From positions 32,001 through 96,000 of the forward strand of contig JBMOPW010000044.1 of the NCBI GenBank assembly GCA_049322915.1: a stretch of 64,000 nt of DNA, given 5' to 3'. Position numbers and translations under genes: made by a program. Every line of letters starts with the position of its first letter. The first letter of the stretch is position 1. Origin of the DNA: Candidatus Zhuqueibacterota bacterium. GTDB taxonomy: Bacteria; Zhuqueibacterota; Zhuqueibacteria; Thermofontimicrobiales; Thermofontimicrobiaceae. The notes beneath the pieces are model-generated. The model was not told the DNA's origin, ran no database searches, and was given only the letters and a program-made list of their open reading frames with translations. Below are positions 40,658-50,942 of this stretch, piece after piece.

Positions 40658-41995
40658 ATGAAGAAGTTCGTTTTATTTGTATTGCTGACCTGCCTCTTTC
40701 CGGGATCAGCGGAACGCGTGTCAGCCCAGGTTGATTCATCCACTGTTTATCACGTGAAAATAGAAGGCGAGATCAACCTCGGATTGCCGAATTATATTCA
40801 GCGGATTGTTCAAAGGGCGAATGAACAAAAAGCGGGTTGTCTCATCATCGAGGTTGACACCCCGGGCGGTCGCGTCGATGCAGCACTGCAAATTCGTGAT
40901 GCAATTTTCGCGGCAGAGGTGCCTGTTCATGCGTTCATCAATCGCGAGGCAGCGTCGGCCGGAGCGCTGATTTCGCTGTCCTGCGACTCGATTTACATGG
41001 CCCCCGGCAGTTCCATCGGCGCTGTGACGCCGGTGGATCAGGCCGGAAATAAAGCGTCTGAAAAGATGGTCTCGTACCTGCGTTCGGTGATGCGATCCAT
41101 TGCTCAGCGCAATCATCGGCCGGTGGAAATTGTCGAATCGATGGTGGACGAGGATATTGAAATTCCGGGCATCATTGAAAAAGGCAAACTGCTGACGCTG
41201 ACGGCCGACGAAGCGGTGAAACTCAACGTTGCGGACGGCATTGCTCACGACTTGGATGAGGTGCTTTCCATCTGCGGGCTGGCTGAGAGCAAAATCGTCA
41301 GAATAAAAATTAGCTGGTCTGAAAAGCTGGTGTCTATTCTCACCAATCCCATCGTCAGTTCCCTGCTTTTGACGCTGGGGATATTCGGCCTGATTTTTGA
41401 AATACGCACGCCTGGCTGGGGCCTGGGCGGCACATTATCGCTCATCGCATTGGCGCTGTTTTTCGGCAGCCACTATCTCGCTGAACTGGCGCAGTGGACA
41501 GAAATATTGCTCTTTTTAATCGGCACCGGCCTGCTGTTACTGGAAGTTTTCGTATTCCCCGGCTTCGGAATTGCAGGAGTAGCCGGCATCGTGCTGGTCG
41601 TGGCGAGCTTTGTCCTGAGCCTGTTGCCGCATATGGGGCGCGTCGGATTCGAAGACGTCCTGAACGCCATGACCCAGGTGGGCATTTCCTTCATTCTGGC
41701 CTTCGCCCTCGTCATTCCGATAGTGAAGTTTCTGCCTAAAACGAGAGTGTTTAAAAGTCTCATCCTGGATGCTCAGGAGAAGGCAACCGAAGGATTCCGC
41801 GCCACGCCGGAAGAGTACATTAGTCTGCTGGGAGCGGAGGGCTATGCGTTCTCGTCGCTGCGCCCGTCCGGAATCGGTATCTTTGGAAAGAAGCGCGTCG
41901 ATGTGGTGGCCGAAGGTGAATTTGTAGCGCAGAATGAGCGGATCAAAGTAATCAAAGTTGAAGGGTATCGAATCATTGTTCGAAGATTAGCCTGA
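40658..41995 (+). CDS. nfeD: Long NfeD membrane-bound ClpP-class serine protease
   Basis: DTPGG, AASAGALI, SSIGA, EKMVS dyad; TM region; C-terminal LRPSG OB-fold. Confidence 0.92.
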   Translation: MKKFVLFVLLTCLFPGSAERVSAQVDSSTVYHVKIEGEINLGLPNYIQRIVQRANEQKAGCLIIEVDTPGGRVDAALQIRDAIFAAEVPVHAFINREAASAGALISLSCDSIYMAPGSSIGAVTPVDQAGNKASEKMVSYLRSVMRSIAQRNHRPVEIVESMVDEDIEIPGIIEKGKLLTLTADEAVKLNVADGIAHDLDEVLSICGLAESKIVRIKISWSEKLVSILTNPIVSSLLLTLGIFGLIFEIRTPGWGLGGTLSLIALALFFGSHYLAELAQWTEILLFLIGTGLLLLEVFVFPGFGIAGVAGIVLVVASFVLSLLPHMGRVGFEDVLNAMTQVGISFILAFALVIPIVKFLPKTRVFKSLILDAQEKATEGFRATPEEYISLLGAEGYAFSSLRPSGIGIFGKKRVDVVAEGEFVAQNERIKVIKVEGYRIIVRRLA

Positions 41996-42017
41996 TGTCT
42001 ACGCTGGAGGAAAGTTC

Positions 42018-42497
42018 ATGTCTCTGTCATTTATTATCAGTGGTTTAATTATTATTGGATTCCTGCTGGTATTGATTGAAATATTTCTGGTTCCGGGTAT
42101 CAATATTTTCGGTGTGGTGGGATTCATTTTCATTGTACTGGGAATCGTATTTGCCTATTCGAAACTCGATTTGCGCGTTGCCAATTTCATCATGATCGCC
42201 TCGCTCATTGTGTCTGTGGTGCTGGTGAAAATGGTTTTGAAATCAAAAACCTGGCACCGCATGATTCTGAACGACCGGCAGGAAAAATCCGAGGGATTTC
42301 ATGCCTCGTCAGAGGATTTGTCTGGCCTGGTCGGCAAGACCGGTGTGGCGTATACCAATCTGCGTCCGGCCGGCGTGGCGTTCATCGAGGGGCAGAAAGT
42401 GGATGTTGTCACCCAGGGCGATTTGATTGAAAAAGATCGGGCCATTGAAGTGATTCACGTCGAGGGAAATCGGGTCGTGGTTCGCGTGGTCGCATGA
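42018..42497 (+). CDS. Short NfeD-family protein (TM + OB-fold)
   Basis: EIFLVPG, LVGKTGVAYTNLRPAG, VEGNRVVVR. Confidence 0.88.
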   Translation: MSLSFIISGLIIIGFLLVLIEIFLVPGINIFGVVGFIFIVLGIVFAYSKLDLRVANFIMIASLIVSVVLVKMVLKSKTWHRMILNDRQEKSEGFHASSEDLSGLVGKTGVAYTNLRPAGVAFIEGQKVDVVTQGDLIEKDRAIEVIHVEGNRVVVRVVA

Positions 42498-42726
42498 TCC
42501 ATTTCCAGTCAATCAGCCCGAAAGTGGCTCCGGTACTGGAAAGCCACAATCGAACTACTCCGGGTCACGCGCGTTTTGAAGATTTAATTTTTATGCAGCT
42601 CAGTCCATTGAACATGGAAGTGGAGTGCGATGCCTTAGAATGTTCCACTCATGTTTACTAAAAATGAGGGAGGTGCTTCATGTGAAGTTATATCTCTATC
42701 GCCAAAATTCATACAGGCGTACAGAT

Positions 42727-42874
42727 GTAGCTGTTCAAAGGCTCCGGGTACAGCGTTCCCGGTCGGGGTTTTGGATATGGTTGCGCGACACATTTTTTAT
42801 GCTCACATAGTCAGTCATCAACTGGTCGTTTTCATTAACCTTGAACCCTGAACGATGAACCTGTGAACGGTTAC
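42727..42874. mobile_element. Degenerate MITE-like element with heptamer repeats
   Basis: Ends GTAGCTGTTCAAAGG / CCTGTGAACGGTTAC; TGAACnn repeats at 42842-42870. Confidence 0.5.
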
Positions 42875-42932
42875 ATACAAAAAGGAATTAGTGCTGTACA
42901 AATAATAACATAATAAAATCACAGGAGGAACA

Positions 42933-43907
42933 ATGAATCCATCCGCGTTGATAATTTTAGTCGTCATAGGGATTATTATTTTCTTTTCCCTGTTCACTTA
43001 TTTTGTTCCCATCGGATTGTGGATCACGGCCTACTTTTCCGGTGTCAAGGTGCGAATTTTGAAAGACCTGGTTGGGATGCGTCTGCGCAAAGTGCCACCC
43101 CATCTCATCGTTCGCCCAATGATTAGCGCGACAAAAGCCGGGATTGAAGTAGATATTAATAAAATGGAAGCGCATTATTTAGCCGGCGGAAATGTGGAAC
43201 GAGTTGTCAATGCCCTGATTTCAGCGGACAAGGCCAATATCAATCTTGCCTTTGCCCGGGCAACGGCCATCGATCTTGCCGGACGAGATGTGCTGGATGC
43301 TGTGAAGCTCAGCGTCAATCCCAAGGTTATTCAAACGCCCTTAGTCTCAGCTATCGCTAAAGATGGAATTCAATTGAAGGCAACCGCTCGGGTGACTGTT
43401 CGCGCCAATATCGATAGATTAGTTGGCGGCGCCGGCGAGGAGACAATAATCGCTCGAGTTGGCGAGGGAATTGTATCGACGATTGGTTCCGCCATTTCTC
43501 ACAAAGATGTTCTGGAAAATCCGGATGCAATTTCGAAAACAGTACTTAAAAAAGGTCTCGATGCCGGGACAGCGTTTGAAATTCTTTCTATTGACATTGC
43601 CGATGTCGATGTCGGCGAAAATATTGGCGCGAAACTCCAGACAGACCAGGCTGAAGCGGATAAACGAATTGCCCAGGCTAAAGCGGAGGAACGTCGGGCC
43701 ATGGCTGTCGCGCAGGAACAGGAAATGAAAGCATTGACTCAGGAAATGCAAGCCAAAGTTGTTGAGGCCGAAGCCGAACTGCCCAAAGCAATGGCTCAGG
43801 CATTTCGTGAAGGGAATCTGGGTGTGATGGATTATTTTAATCTCAGGAATATTCAGGCCGATACAAAGATGAGAGATTCAATTTCCGGGCCGGAAAAGAA
43901 AAAATAA
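42933..43907 (+). CDS. floA: Flotillin-like protein FloA (YqfA)
   Basis: [57 protein letters not shown]. Confidence 0.96.
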   Translation: MNPSALIILVVIGIIIFFSLFTYFVPIGLWITAYFSGVKVRILKDLVGMRLRKVPPHLIVRPMISATKAGIEVDINKMEAHYLAGGNVERVVNALISADKANINLAFARATAIDLAGRDVLDAVKLSVNPKVIQTPLVSAIAKDGIQLKATARVTVRANIDRLVGGAGEETIIARVGEGIVSTIGSAISHKDVLENPDAISKTVLKKGLDAGTAFEILSIDIADVDVGENIGAKLQTDQAEADKRIAQAKAEERRAMAVAQEQEMKALTQEMQAKVVEAEAELPKAMAQAFREGNLGVMDYFNLRNIQADTKMRDSISGPEKKK

Positions 43908-44170
43908 TATCTACCATGCAATTGGTGATGCTCCTTGTGGATGCGTGGTTTTCGGATGGCGCATTGCCACTTCTGTATTATCCGGAACTGGATGATACAC
44001 GGCGCTCCATCCGAACCCACGTTGTCTCAAGGTACACGAAAAATTATTCGGGATGTGGAACGGTGAGATCAGATTTGTGCTGCCAATTTGAACACACGCC
44101 TTTGTTCCACGCGCCAGCTTCCCTGCCTCTGCAGGGCTATTATGAAAATGCGTTTGAAAAAGGGAATCCA

Positions 44171-44608
44171 ATGAACGATCTAATCACAATTTTAATAATT
44201 CTGGCGGCTCTCATTTCGTTTCTCAAAAAGCTCTTTGGTGAAAGGAAAAGGGCCGGGGCAGAGGAACAAGAACAGCCAATGAAACCTCCTTTCGAGTGGA
44301 AATTGCCGTGGGAGTTGGAGGAGGATGAATCGCAAAAGGAAACCATCGACCAATCCTGGATGAACCAGGGCACGACGCCGGTCACGAAGCAGCAACAATT
44401 TGCATCGGAAAAAAAAGCTAACGTTGTCCAGACGTCACCCCTGGATGATATCGCATCATCGCAGCCATTCGAATTGCAGACGGAAAAATCTGGCGAGCGC
44501 CAGCCGGAAGCGGTGCTTCTGGATATCATTTCAGAAAAGCGACTTCAAGAAGGTATTGTGCTCGCGGAGATACTTGGGCCGTGCAGAGGCAAGCAGCGAT
44601 TTCATTAA
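44171..44608 (+). CDS. Membrane-anchored hypothetical protein (YqfB-like position)
   Basis: N-terminal TM MNDLITILIILAAL; C-terminal LQEGIVLAEILGP; start trimmed to ATG 44171. Confidence 0.7.
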   Translation: MNDLITILIILAALISFLKKLFGERKRAGAEEQEQPMKPPFEWKLPWELEEDESQKETIDQSWMNQGTTPVTKQQQFASEKKANVVQTSPLDDIASSQPFELQTEKSGERQPEAVLLDIISEKRLQEGIVLAEILGPCRGKQRFH

Positions 44609-44669
44609 TGGGACAGCGGATCCATACCGCTGTTCCATTCCCCCGATTTCATTCTAACCAAGAATAACT

Positions 44670-45623
44670 ATGACGATACTCGATAAGGCATTGCACAAAA
44701 CAATTTATGACTGTCTTGTGTTGCAGCCAAACGAATCCTGCTTGATACTCGTTGACAAAGCGACACAACGAATGGGCCGGTTGTTGTTCGAAAAATGTCA
44801 ACAGGAAAAATTTGGCGCCGCGCTTGTCGAGATTCCCCCTGTTGAAACGAATTCGCACGAACCTGGATCGTTTGTTGCCGGCCTGCTCAAACAAATGCCC
44901 GTGATCATTTCCGCCACAAATGCGTCCCTCATTCACTCCAACGTACTGAAGGAGGTCTGCCACAACGGGTCGCGGGTGCTTTGTTTCATCGCAACGGAGG
45001 AAGAGGTATTTGCCCGTTCAGTCAACACCGATTTCGAATTCATCGATTTGAAGAGCCGGCGTCTGGCTGATCTTTTTTCCATTGGCCGCGAAGTCCATTT
45101 GACCACTCCGGCAGGGACGGATATCACGCTTCCCATCACGCGGCACAAAGGGTACGCCAATACAGGCATCGTCGATCTACCGGGAAAATTTTGTCTGCTG
45201 CCATCGGGAGAGGCCAGCATTACTCCTGACCGATTGGGGGCGAATGGCAAAATTGTGGTGGATGGTTCCATCCCGGCCCTGGGCTTGCTTGATAAGCCGA
45301 TCATCATTAAAGTGAGAGATGGCTATGCCTATAACATTTCCGGCGGTGTTGAAGCGCAGCAGCTTCGAAAATTGATCAAACCGTTTGGTCGCGCAGGAAA
45401 GAATGTGGCTGAATTCGGCCTCGGCACCAACCCCCGGGCAGAGTTGACCGGGACTTCGATGGAGGACGAAAAAGTGCTGGGCACTGCCCATATTGCGCTG
45501 GGTAATCCGGAATTTGAGGGCGGCAGTCTGAAAGGACATCTGCATCTTGATTTGGTTTTGAAAAAGCCAACCGTTGAAATTGACGGTCATATTGTCGTGG
45601 AAAATGGAAGGATTGTGGTGTAA
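44670..45623 (+). CDS. M29/AmpS-like aminopeptidase-family metalloprotein
   Basis: TTPAGTD, LPSGE, AEFGLGTNP, EDEKVLGTAHIALG, HLD. Confidence 0.82.
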   Translation: MTILDKALHKTIYDCLVLQPNESCLILVDKATQRMGRLLFEKCQQEKFGAALVEIPPVETNSHEPGSFVAGLLKQMPVIISATNASLIHSNVLKEVCHNGSRVLCFIATEEEVFARSVNTDFEFIDLKSRRLADLFSIGREVHLTTPAGTDITLPITRHKGYANTGIVDLPGKFCLLPSGEASITPDRLGANGKIVVDGSIPALGLLDKPIIIKVRDGYAYNISGGVEAQQLRKLIKPFGRAGKNVAEFGLGTNPRAELTGTSMEDEKVLGTAHIALGNPEFEGGSLKGHLHLDLVLKKPTVEIDGHIVVENGRIVV

Positions 45624-45646
45624 CACATCTGTTCACAACCAGGAAG

Positions 45647-45901
45647 CTAATTTTTATCCTTGTCCTCTCCCTGGTCGCTCTGCTCTTCTTTATCTTCTTT
45701 CTGATACAGCACTTCCTGCATGGCGTGCTTCCTGTCTTTGTTCTGAAATGTCATGTAAATGTATTCGGCCACAAATTGATTCCCTGATGTAATCGGCTTT
45801 TTATCAATCCAATACCGCTTGATGACAAAGCCACAAAACACTGCCAGAGCGCCTAAAATGAGGACGACCACCCCCACACTGATTAAGTCGCTGGAAGTCA
45901 T
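45647..45901 (-). CDS. Small single-TM hypothetical protein
   Basis: N-terminal TM, acidic tail, 12 bp downstream of the DUF2851 gene. Confidence 0.65.
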   Translation of the reverse strand: MTSSDLISVGVVVLILGALAVFCGFVIKRYWIDKKPITSGNQFVAEYIYMTFQNKDRKHAMQEVLYQKEDKEEQSDQGEDKDKN

Positions 45902-45913
45902 GGATACCCCTTC

Positions 45914-47353
45914 TTATTTGGTATGCAATGGATTTTCCCATGTGGCCCGACACCGCGCGCATTCTTTGCGATGGCAATAGAGCTTGTACAGATGAATGAG
46001 GCCCTGTTGTTTCAACGCTGTGTTGATGATGCGCTGTGATGTTGCACCATCGCCGAACAGTGTTTGGCGCATTGTCTGAATGATCGAATTGGACGCGATT
46101 TTGGGATACCGGCTGTACACCTGAAGGATGTGAATTTTCAGTCCGGAATTTTCAGTTTCCCCGGCAAAGGCGTGGAGAACCGGCAGCACGGTGTTCACCA
46201 CAATTTCCCGCGCCCTGTCTTTGCCCACCAGTGTCCCGGATAACTCAGCGGCAGCTTCTTCAAACGTCTCATCCAGCCGGTAATGACTGGCCCAGTAGCC
46301 GCTGGTTTTGCAAATGAAGCACTGCTCAAGTTCTTTCACCAGCGCGGTCGGATTGTCTTTTATCCCCTCAACAATCGGTATCAGTTTTTCAAGAATTCCC
46401 CATTGGTAAAATTGGCGAAGAATGGCGCTGGCTCCAGCCAATCGGCGCGTGGGAAAATTGTTGGGTCGCATGCGGAAGAATTGCCATTCGTTTTTATCCA
46501 TTGGCTTCAGGCCCAGCCGGGCGGAATAGGCCTGCCAGATTTTCTCCAGCCGGGGGACGTACTCTTGTGTTTCATTGTCCTTCACCTTGCGCCAGTCACA
46601 GGACGGATCCTGACTTGGCAAAAGTCCGGCCGCACCGATCAATAACGCCAGCGGCGCGTAAAGAGGCTCGGCATCCGGGTCCATCTGAAATTCGCGCATC
46701 AGTGCTTCGAACGGCAGCAGTTGAGCCAGCTTGCGGAACGGTATTTGATTTTTCGAGTAGCCCAGCGCTTCCATAAATCCTGTGTACAGGATTTGATTCC
46801 ACGAATGGACGGCGCGCAGTTCCGTAAATCGAAGCGCTTTGGTCTGTAGCCGCTCTCGTCCCAGTTTTTCGATGATCTGAAGTTTGAATTCAAGTTCGGT
46901 TTGTTCTAACTTGCAGAAGAAAGATGGCGGCGAAACCGCCGGGGAAATTTTATATTTTTTTGCCAGGTACTCAAATTGCTCCGGACTGATGTCCGTAAAA
47001 ATTTGAACAGCGACTTCCTGACGATTGAGTCGAATGGGCGGTTCGTGATGCGTGGGCGCGCCAATCACCAGATGCATGATGACATTATTAAAATGCGGAT
47101 CTGCGTGGTGCTGGTGGCCGTACCAGTCTTCGGGCGCCCGATGGATCTCGAGATCGCCCTGCAAAATCTGTTCGCCGACTTTGATGGATATATTTTTAAA
47201 ATCCGGCCCGGAATCCTGATTCAGGATCCCGGTGGAAAGAATGGTCACGTCGCTGCCGTCGATCGTTTTTAGGGGGATGGTTGAAAAATAATTTTTTTGC
47301 CAGAGCTGAAAAATAAGCTGTTCCGCAAGAAAACTTCGGTCATCGACTTTCAT
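45914..47353 (-). CDS. DUF2851 family protein
   Basis: GPDFKN, GDLEIH, WYGHQHHADPHFNNVIMH, RMRPNNFPTRRLA, QQGLIHL, C-terminal Cys cluster; RBS GGAGG before ATG 47353. Confidence 0.85.
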   Translation of the reverse strand: MKVDDRSFLAEQLIFQLWQKNYFSTIPLKTIDGSDVTILSTGILNQDSGPDFKNISIKVGEQILQGDLEIHRAPEDWYGHQHHADPHFNNVIMHLVIGAPTHHEPPIRLNRQEVAVQIFTDISPEQFEYLAKKYKISPAVSPPSFFCKLEQTELEFKLQIIEKLGRERLQTKALRFTELRAVHSWNQILYTGFMEALGYSKNQIPFRKLAQLLPFEALMREFQMDPDAEPLYAPLALLIGAAGLLPSQDPSCDWRKVKDNETQEYVPRLEKIWQAYSARLGLKPMDKNEWQFFRMRPNNFPTRRLAGASAILRQFYQWGILEKLIPIVEGIKDNPTALVKELEQCFICKTSGYWASHYRLDETFEEAAAELSGTLVGKDRAREIVVNTVLPVLHAFAGETENSGLKIHILQVYSRYPKIASNSIIQTMRQTLFGDGATSQRIINTALKQQGLIHLYKLYCHRKECARCRATWENPLHTK

Positions 47354-47438
47354 AGTCGTCCTCCGCTGGCTGGAAGTGTATTGAAGGAATTGCACAATGC
47401 AAAAGAAAACAGAAGCCTTGGCTCCCGTGTCCCCGCTG

Positions 47439-48608
47439 TTATTGACTGCGGATGGATTCAATGAACTGCATCATTTCGGATGTGCTGTCCGGACTCATGC
47501 CTGCGCCGCCCCGGATGAAACCGTTTTCATCGATGTGCAGATTCGCATCGACCGCGCGGGTGTACTCGCGGAGATGATGCAGAATTGTATCGGCAGCCGC
47601 GCCCTGGACAATTTTGGGCTGAAAGCTGATTTTGTAATTATCCACCAACATGGGGTAGATTTTCGCATAGAGCAATCCATTCTTGTTGAGGCAGGTTCTC
47701 AAAATCATGCTCTCTCTGGCGATGGTGCTGTAGGATGAAAACGCGTAATTCCCAAGGCTATAGGCGATCAGGCGGTTTTTATAAATCTCCAGCCCTTGCA
47801 GAACATGAGGATGATGTCCCACCACCAAGTCCGCGCCCAAATCGATGACACGATGCGCCATTTTTCGCTGATAGCTTAACGGAAAATTGGTGGATTCCCG
47901 CCCCCAATGAAATGTCACCACGGTAATGTCGGCGAGGGTATCGCAGCGCTGAATGTTGGTGACCAGATTTTTTTCATGGGGATAATTGGTTCCACCGGAA
48001 GAATTTGTAGCGAAAAATTCTTCGGGAAAAGTCATTGAATATCCCAATACAGCCACGCGAAAACCATTGGCCGTGAAAATCGCCGGCTGCTGTGCATCGT
48101 ATTTGGTGTTGCCAGCGCCACAATGCAAAATACCGATAGTGTCCAGAAGGGTTATTGTATTGTTGAGACCCTCCAGCCCATAGTCCAGAACATGGTTATT
48201 TGCCAGGGTGACGACATCGATGCCGGACTCCAGCAGGCTGACGCCGTACTTTGGCGGGACTTTGAACGTAAACGTCTTCTCAAAGCGGGTCCCATCATCG
48301 GTGAACGCGGATTCAAGGTTGGCCAGAGCCATATCGCCTTTTTTGATCACCGAAGCGGTGGCCGCAAACGGGTATTGAAACCCAAATCGCTCCATGTACG
48401 CCATGGTGTGATTGCCGATCATGATGTCCCCGACTGACACGATGGAAATGCCCAGCGGAAACTGCGTCGGCGGGCTTGGCATTTTGTAGCTCGTCGGGTG
48501 GTCGTCTTTGAAAACAGTGACTGGTTCAGCGTCGGATGCTGGAGCCGGTTGATGGCCTCGGCATTGGCAGAGGATGAGCATGGCCAGAAGTAGCATTGCT
48601 TTTTTCAT
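47439..48608 (-). CDS. CapA-family (PGA_cap) metallophosphoesterase-like lipoprotein
   Basis: VGDIM, ANLE, LANNHVLDYG, FHWG, GHHPHV, YSLGN; start trimmed to MKKAMLL. Confidence 0.9.
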   Translation of the reverse strand: MKKAMLLLAMLILCQCRGHQPAPASDAEPVTVFKDDHPTSYKMPSPPTQFPLGISIVSVGDIMIGNHTMAYMERFGFQYPFAATASVIKKGDMALANLESAFTDDGTRFEKTFTFKVPPKYGVSLLESGIDVVTLANNHVLDYGLEGLNNTITLLDTIGILHCGAGNTKYDAQQPAIFTANGFRVAVLGYSMTFPEEFFATNSSGGTNYPHEKNLVTNIQRCDTLADITVVTFHWGRESTNFPLSYQRKMAHRVIDLGADLVVGHHPHVLQGLEIYKNRLIAYSLGNYAFSSYSTIARESMILRTCLNKNGLLYAKIYPMLVDNYKISFQPKIVQGAAADTILHHLREYTRAVDANLHIDENGFIRGGAGMSPDSTSEMMQFIESIRSQ

Positions 48609-48869
48609 AATCGGCAGCAGATAGTTAAAAGCCCCACCGGGGTCGAAATGTGGGGCTGGGCGATTTGCGATTCTCGAGAAATTGATTTTTTCGTCCGGAC
48701 AATTTTGTCCATCAGATAAACGTTTCACCCTCCGAAGCGATCCAAGCCCTCTTCTTCGTGCAAAGGTAAGAGTGCCCCTTGCCTGGATTTCCATCCAGGC
48801 CGCTGCAATAAGCTTCCCGCAGCGACTGGTTCGGTCAAGTGATCTGTCAGAACAACGAAGCGGTAAGAC

Positions 48870-49247
48870 TTAACCTTTCGCTTCGTCACGAGGGGGGACT
48901 TCTTCCACAGCGACGTCTTCGATGTCGTTGGGATTATTTCCTTTCTTTGCGTATTCCTCGCGCACTTTCTCCAACTCCACTTTTTTGATCTGCAATTTTG
49001 TATGCAACTCATTGACGGTGCTGATGATCATTTTCACATCATTGTTGGAGGCAATATTCGTGTCGTTTTCATCCACAATCAATTGATACACCCTGCCGCC
49101 AAGTTCAGTGAAATTTTTATCGATATCGCGTTTTATGCCAATGATGTCAACTTTAATCTTTCCTATTTTGGCGTACTCGTCAGTTTTCTGCGCGACGACG
49201 GTGACGCCCTTCTTGAAGAAATTTGAAAGATCATCCAAAAAACTCAT
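48870..49247 (-). CDS. Coiled-coil hypothetical protein
   Basis: MSFLDDLSNFFKKG...KTDEYAKIGKIK...ELGGRVY; RBS CAGGAG. Confidence 0.75.
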   Translation of the reverse strand: MSFLDDLSNFFKKGVTVVAQKTDEYAKIGKIKVDIIGIKRDIDKNFTELGGRVYQLIVDENDTNIASNNDVKMIISTVNELHTKLQIKKVELEKVREEYAKKGNNPNDIEDVAVEEVPPRDEAKG

Positions 49248-49452
49248 AATGAACTCCTGTAATTTTTTTATCAAATATGTGACATTGGCTAATTTAAAAT
49301 TAACTTATTGTTAAAATTAATTTAGTTAGAAATAGATTAAATGTCAAGCAAAAATTCATGCTTTCCTTTATTGCCGGTAAAATTCTTATTCGTAACAGCA
49401 GCAGTCAAAAAGGGGTGTGAGAATTTCTGATCAATGGTGTGCATCAATTTGG

Positions 49453-50280
49453 CTAATAGACCACGAAACGTAAATAGAGATAGACCAGTGGCGCCACAAA
49501 GAGTGGGGCGTCGAAGCGGTCCAAAAAACCGCCGTGTCCCGGCAGAATTGACGACGTATCTTTCACGCCGACATCGCGTTTGAAAACTGATTCTGCCAGA
49601 TCGCCAATTTGACTGAACGCGCCGGCAATCAATCCAATCGCCATGCAATGTAACAGGGAGAGGTCTTTCAGCAAGGTAACGTGAAATACATAAGCGGTGA
49701 TCAGCGCAAAGATGAATCCTGCAATCGCGCCTTCCACTGTCTTGTGTGGACTGATTCGCTCATAGAGTTTGTGCTTGCCTGCCAAAGATCCGACAAAGTA
49801 AGCGGCCGTATCGCAAATCCAGATTGTGATGAGCATGATTAAAATCCATTTGCCGCCGTAAGAATAGTCGACAGCGACTGAGCGAGGCAACTCGCGAATT
49901 AAAATATGAAAGCTGAAGAAATAGGCAGGGTAAAAAAGTCCCCACGCGCTGGTGGCAATGTTGAGTGTGGCAGAGTCTTTTTGCCGGAAGAGCTCCAGAT
50001 GGAGAATGATGTAAAAGAAAGCTAGAAAAATAATCCAGGAATTTTCAATGCCGTACCGGTAGAAAAAGACAGTAATGAAAATGGTGCAGATGGCCCCGAG
50101 GATTTTGAACGGCCAGGCGCCTTTCAATTCATTGAGTTTGTAAAATTCGAATTGGGCGACAACATTGATAATGGCCACTAAAATGACGAAAGGCCAACCG
50201 CCTTTGAGCACGAGATAGATGATGAGAGGAGCGCCGAACATAGCGACGAGCACGCGTGACCCAAGTTTTTTCAGGTTCAA
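49453..50280 (-). CDS. cdsA: Phosphatidate cytidylyltransferase
   Basis: DTAAYFVG, ISPHKTVEG, GDLAESVFKR, LPGHGGFLDRFD. Confidence 0.96.
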   Translation of the reverse strand: MNLKKLGSRVLVAMFGAPLIIYLVLKGGWPFVILVAIINVVAQFEFYKLNELKGAWPFKILGAICTIFITVFFYRYGIENSWIIFLAFFYIILHLELFRQKDSATLNIATSAWGLFYPAYFFSFHILIRELPRSVAVDYSYGGKWILIMLITIWICDTAAYFVGSLAGKHKLYERISPHKTVEGAIAGFIFALITAYVFHVTLLKDLSLLHCMAIGLIAGAFSQIGDLAESVFKRDVGVKDTSSILPGHGGFLDRFDAPLFVAPLVYLYLRFVVY

Positions 50281-50327
50281 ATTATCTCTCCAACTGATTA
50301 GATTTGAATGAATAAATGTGAACGGAA

Positions 50328-50912
50328 TTATTTGACCACTTCCACTGCAACGTCGCAGATTCCCATTTCCACGATGCCCAGAATTTGAGCGGCAGCATAG
50401 GAAAGATCAATGATTCGCGACTTATGTCGTGGCCCGCGGTCATTTATTCGCACGATCACATTCTCACGATTATAGAGATTTGTCACTTTCACTTTGGTTC
50501 CAAATGGCAATGTCGGATGAGCAGCAGTGAGCTTGTCCGGATTGTAAATTTCGCCGCTGGCTGTTTTTCGCCCTGATAAATTCATCGCGTAAAACGAGGC
50601 TTTACCCGTCTCGATGTGTCGGTTGAGCGCCGAATGCTTCGCCGGCTGAGTGACTTCCTTTTCATCGTAGGTCAAATAGGTGATCCCTTCCAATTTTTTA
50701 AAATCCCGAAGATCGTCCTGGTTTTGTTCATTCTGCTTGGCTGTGTCATGCCCGTCCGATGGATTGGAGCGCACCGATGCTGTTTTCTGTTCCGATTCTT
50801 CTTCACTGAGAAAAATGATACCGTCTTTTTCATAATTGTTCGTGTGAGTTCTATTCGTTGAACTGCAGCCGATGGCCAGACAAATGCAAATCAAAATGGG
50901 TAATCTCACCAT
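50328..50912 (-). CDS. rlpA: RlpA-family lytic transglycosylase lipoprotein (DPBB only)
   Basis: Lipobox AIGC; GKASFY, TASGE, TAAHPTLPFG, VRINDRGP, IIDLS. Confidence 0.9.
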   Translation of the reverse strand: MVRLPILICICLAIGCSSTNRTHTNNYEKDGIIFLSEEESEQKTASVRSNPSDGHDTAKQNEQNQDDLRDFKKLEGITYLTYDEKEVTQPAKHSALNRHIETGKASFYAMNLSGRKTASGEIYNPDKLTAAHPTLPFGTKVKVTNLYNRENVIVRINDRGPRHKSRIIDLSYAAAQILGIVEMGICDVAVEVVK

Positions 50913-50942
50913 ACGATTTTTTTCCTCAGATAGCTGTGTCAG

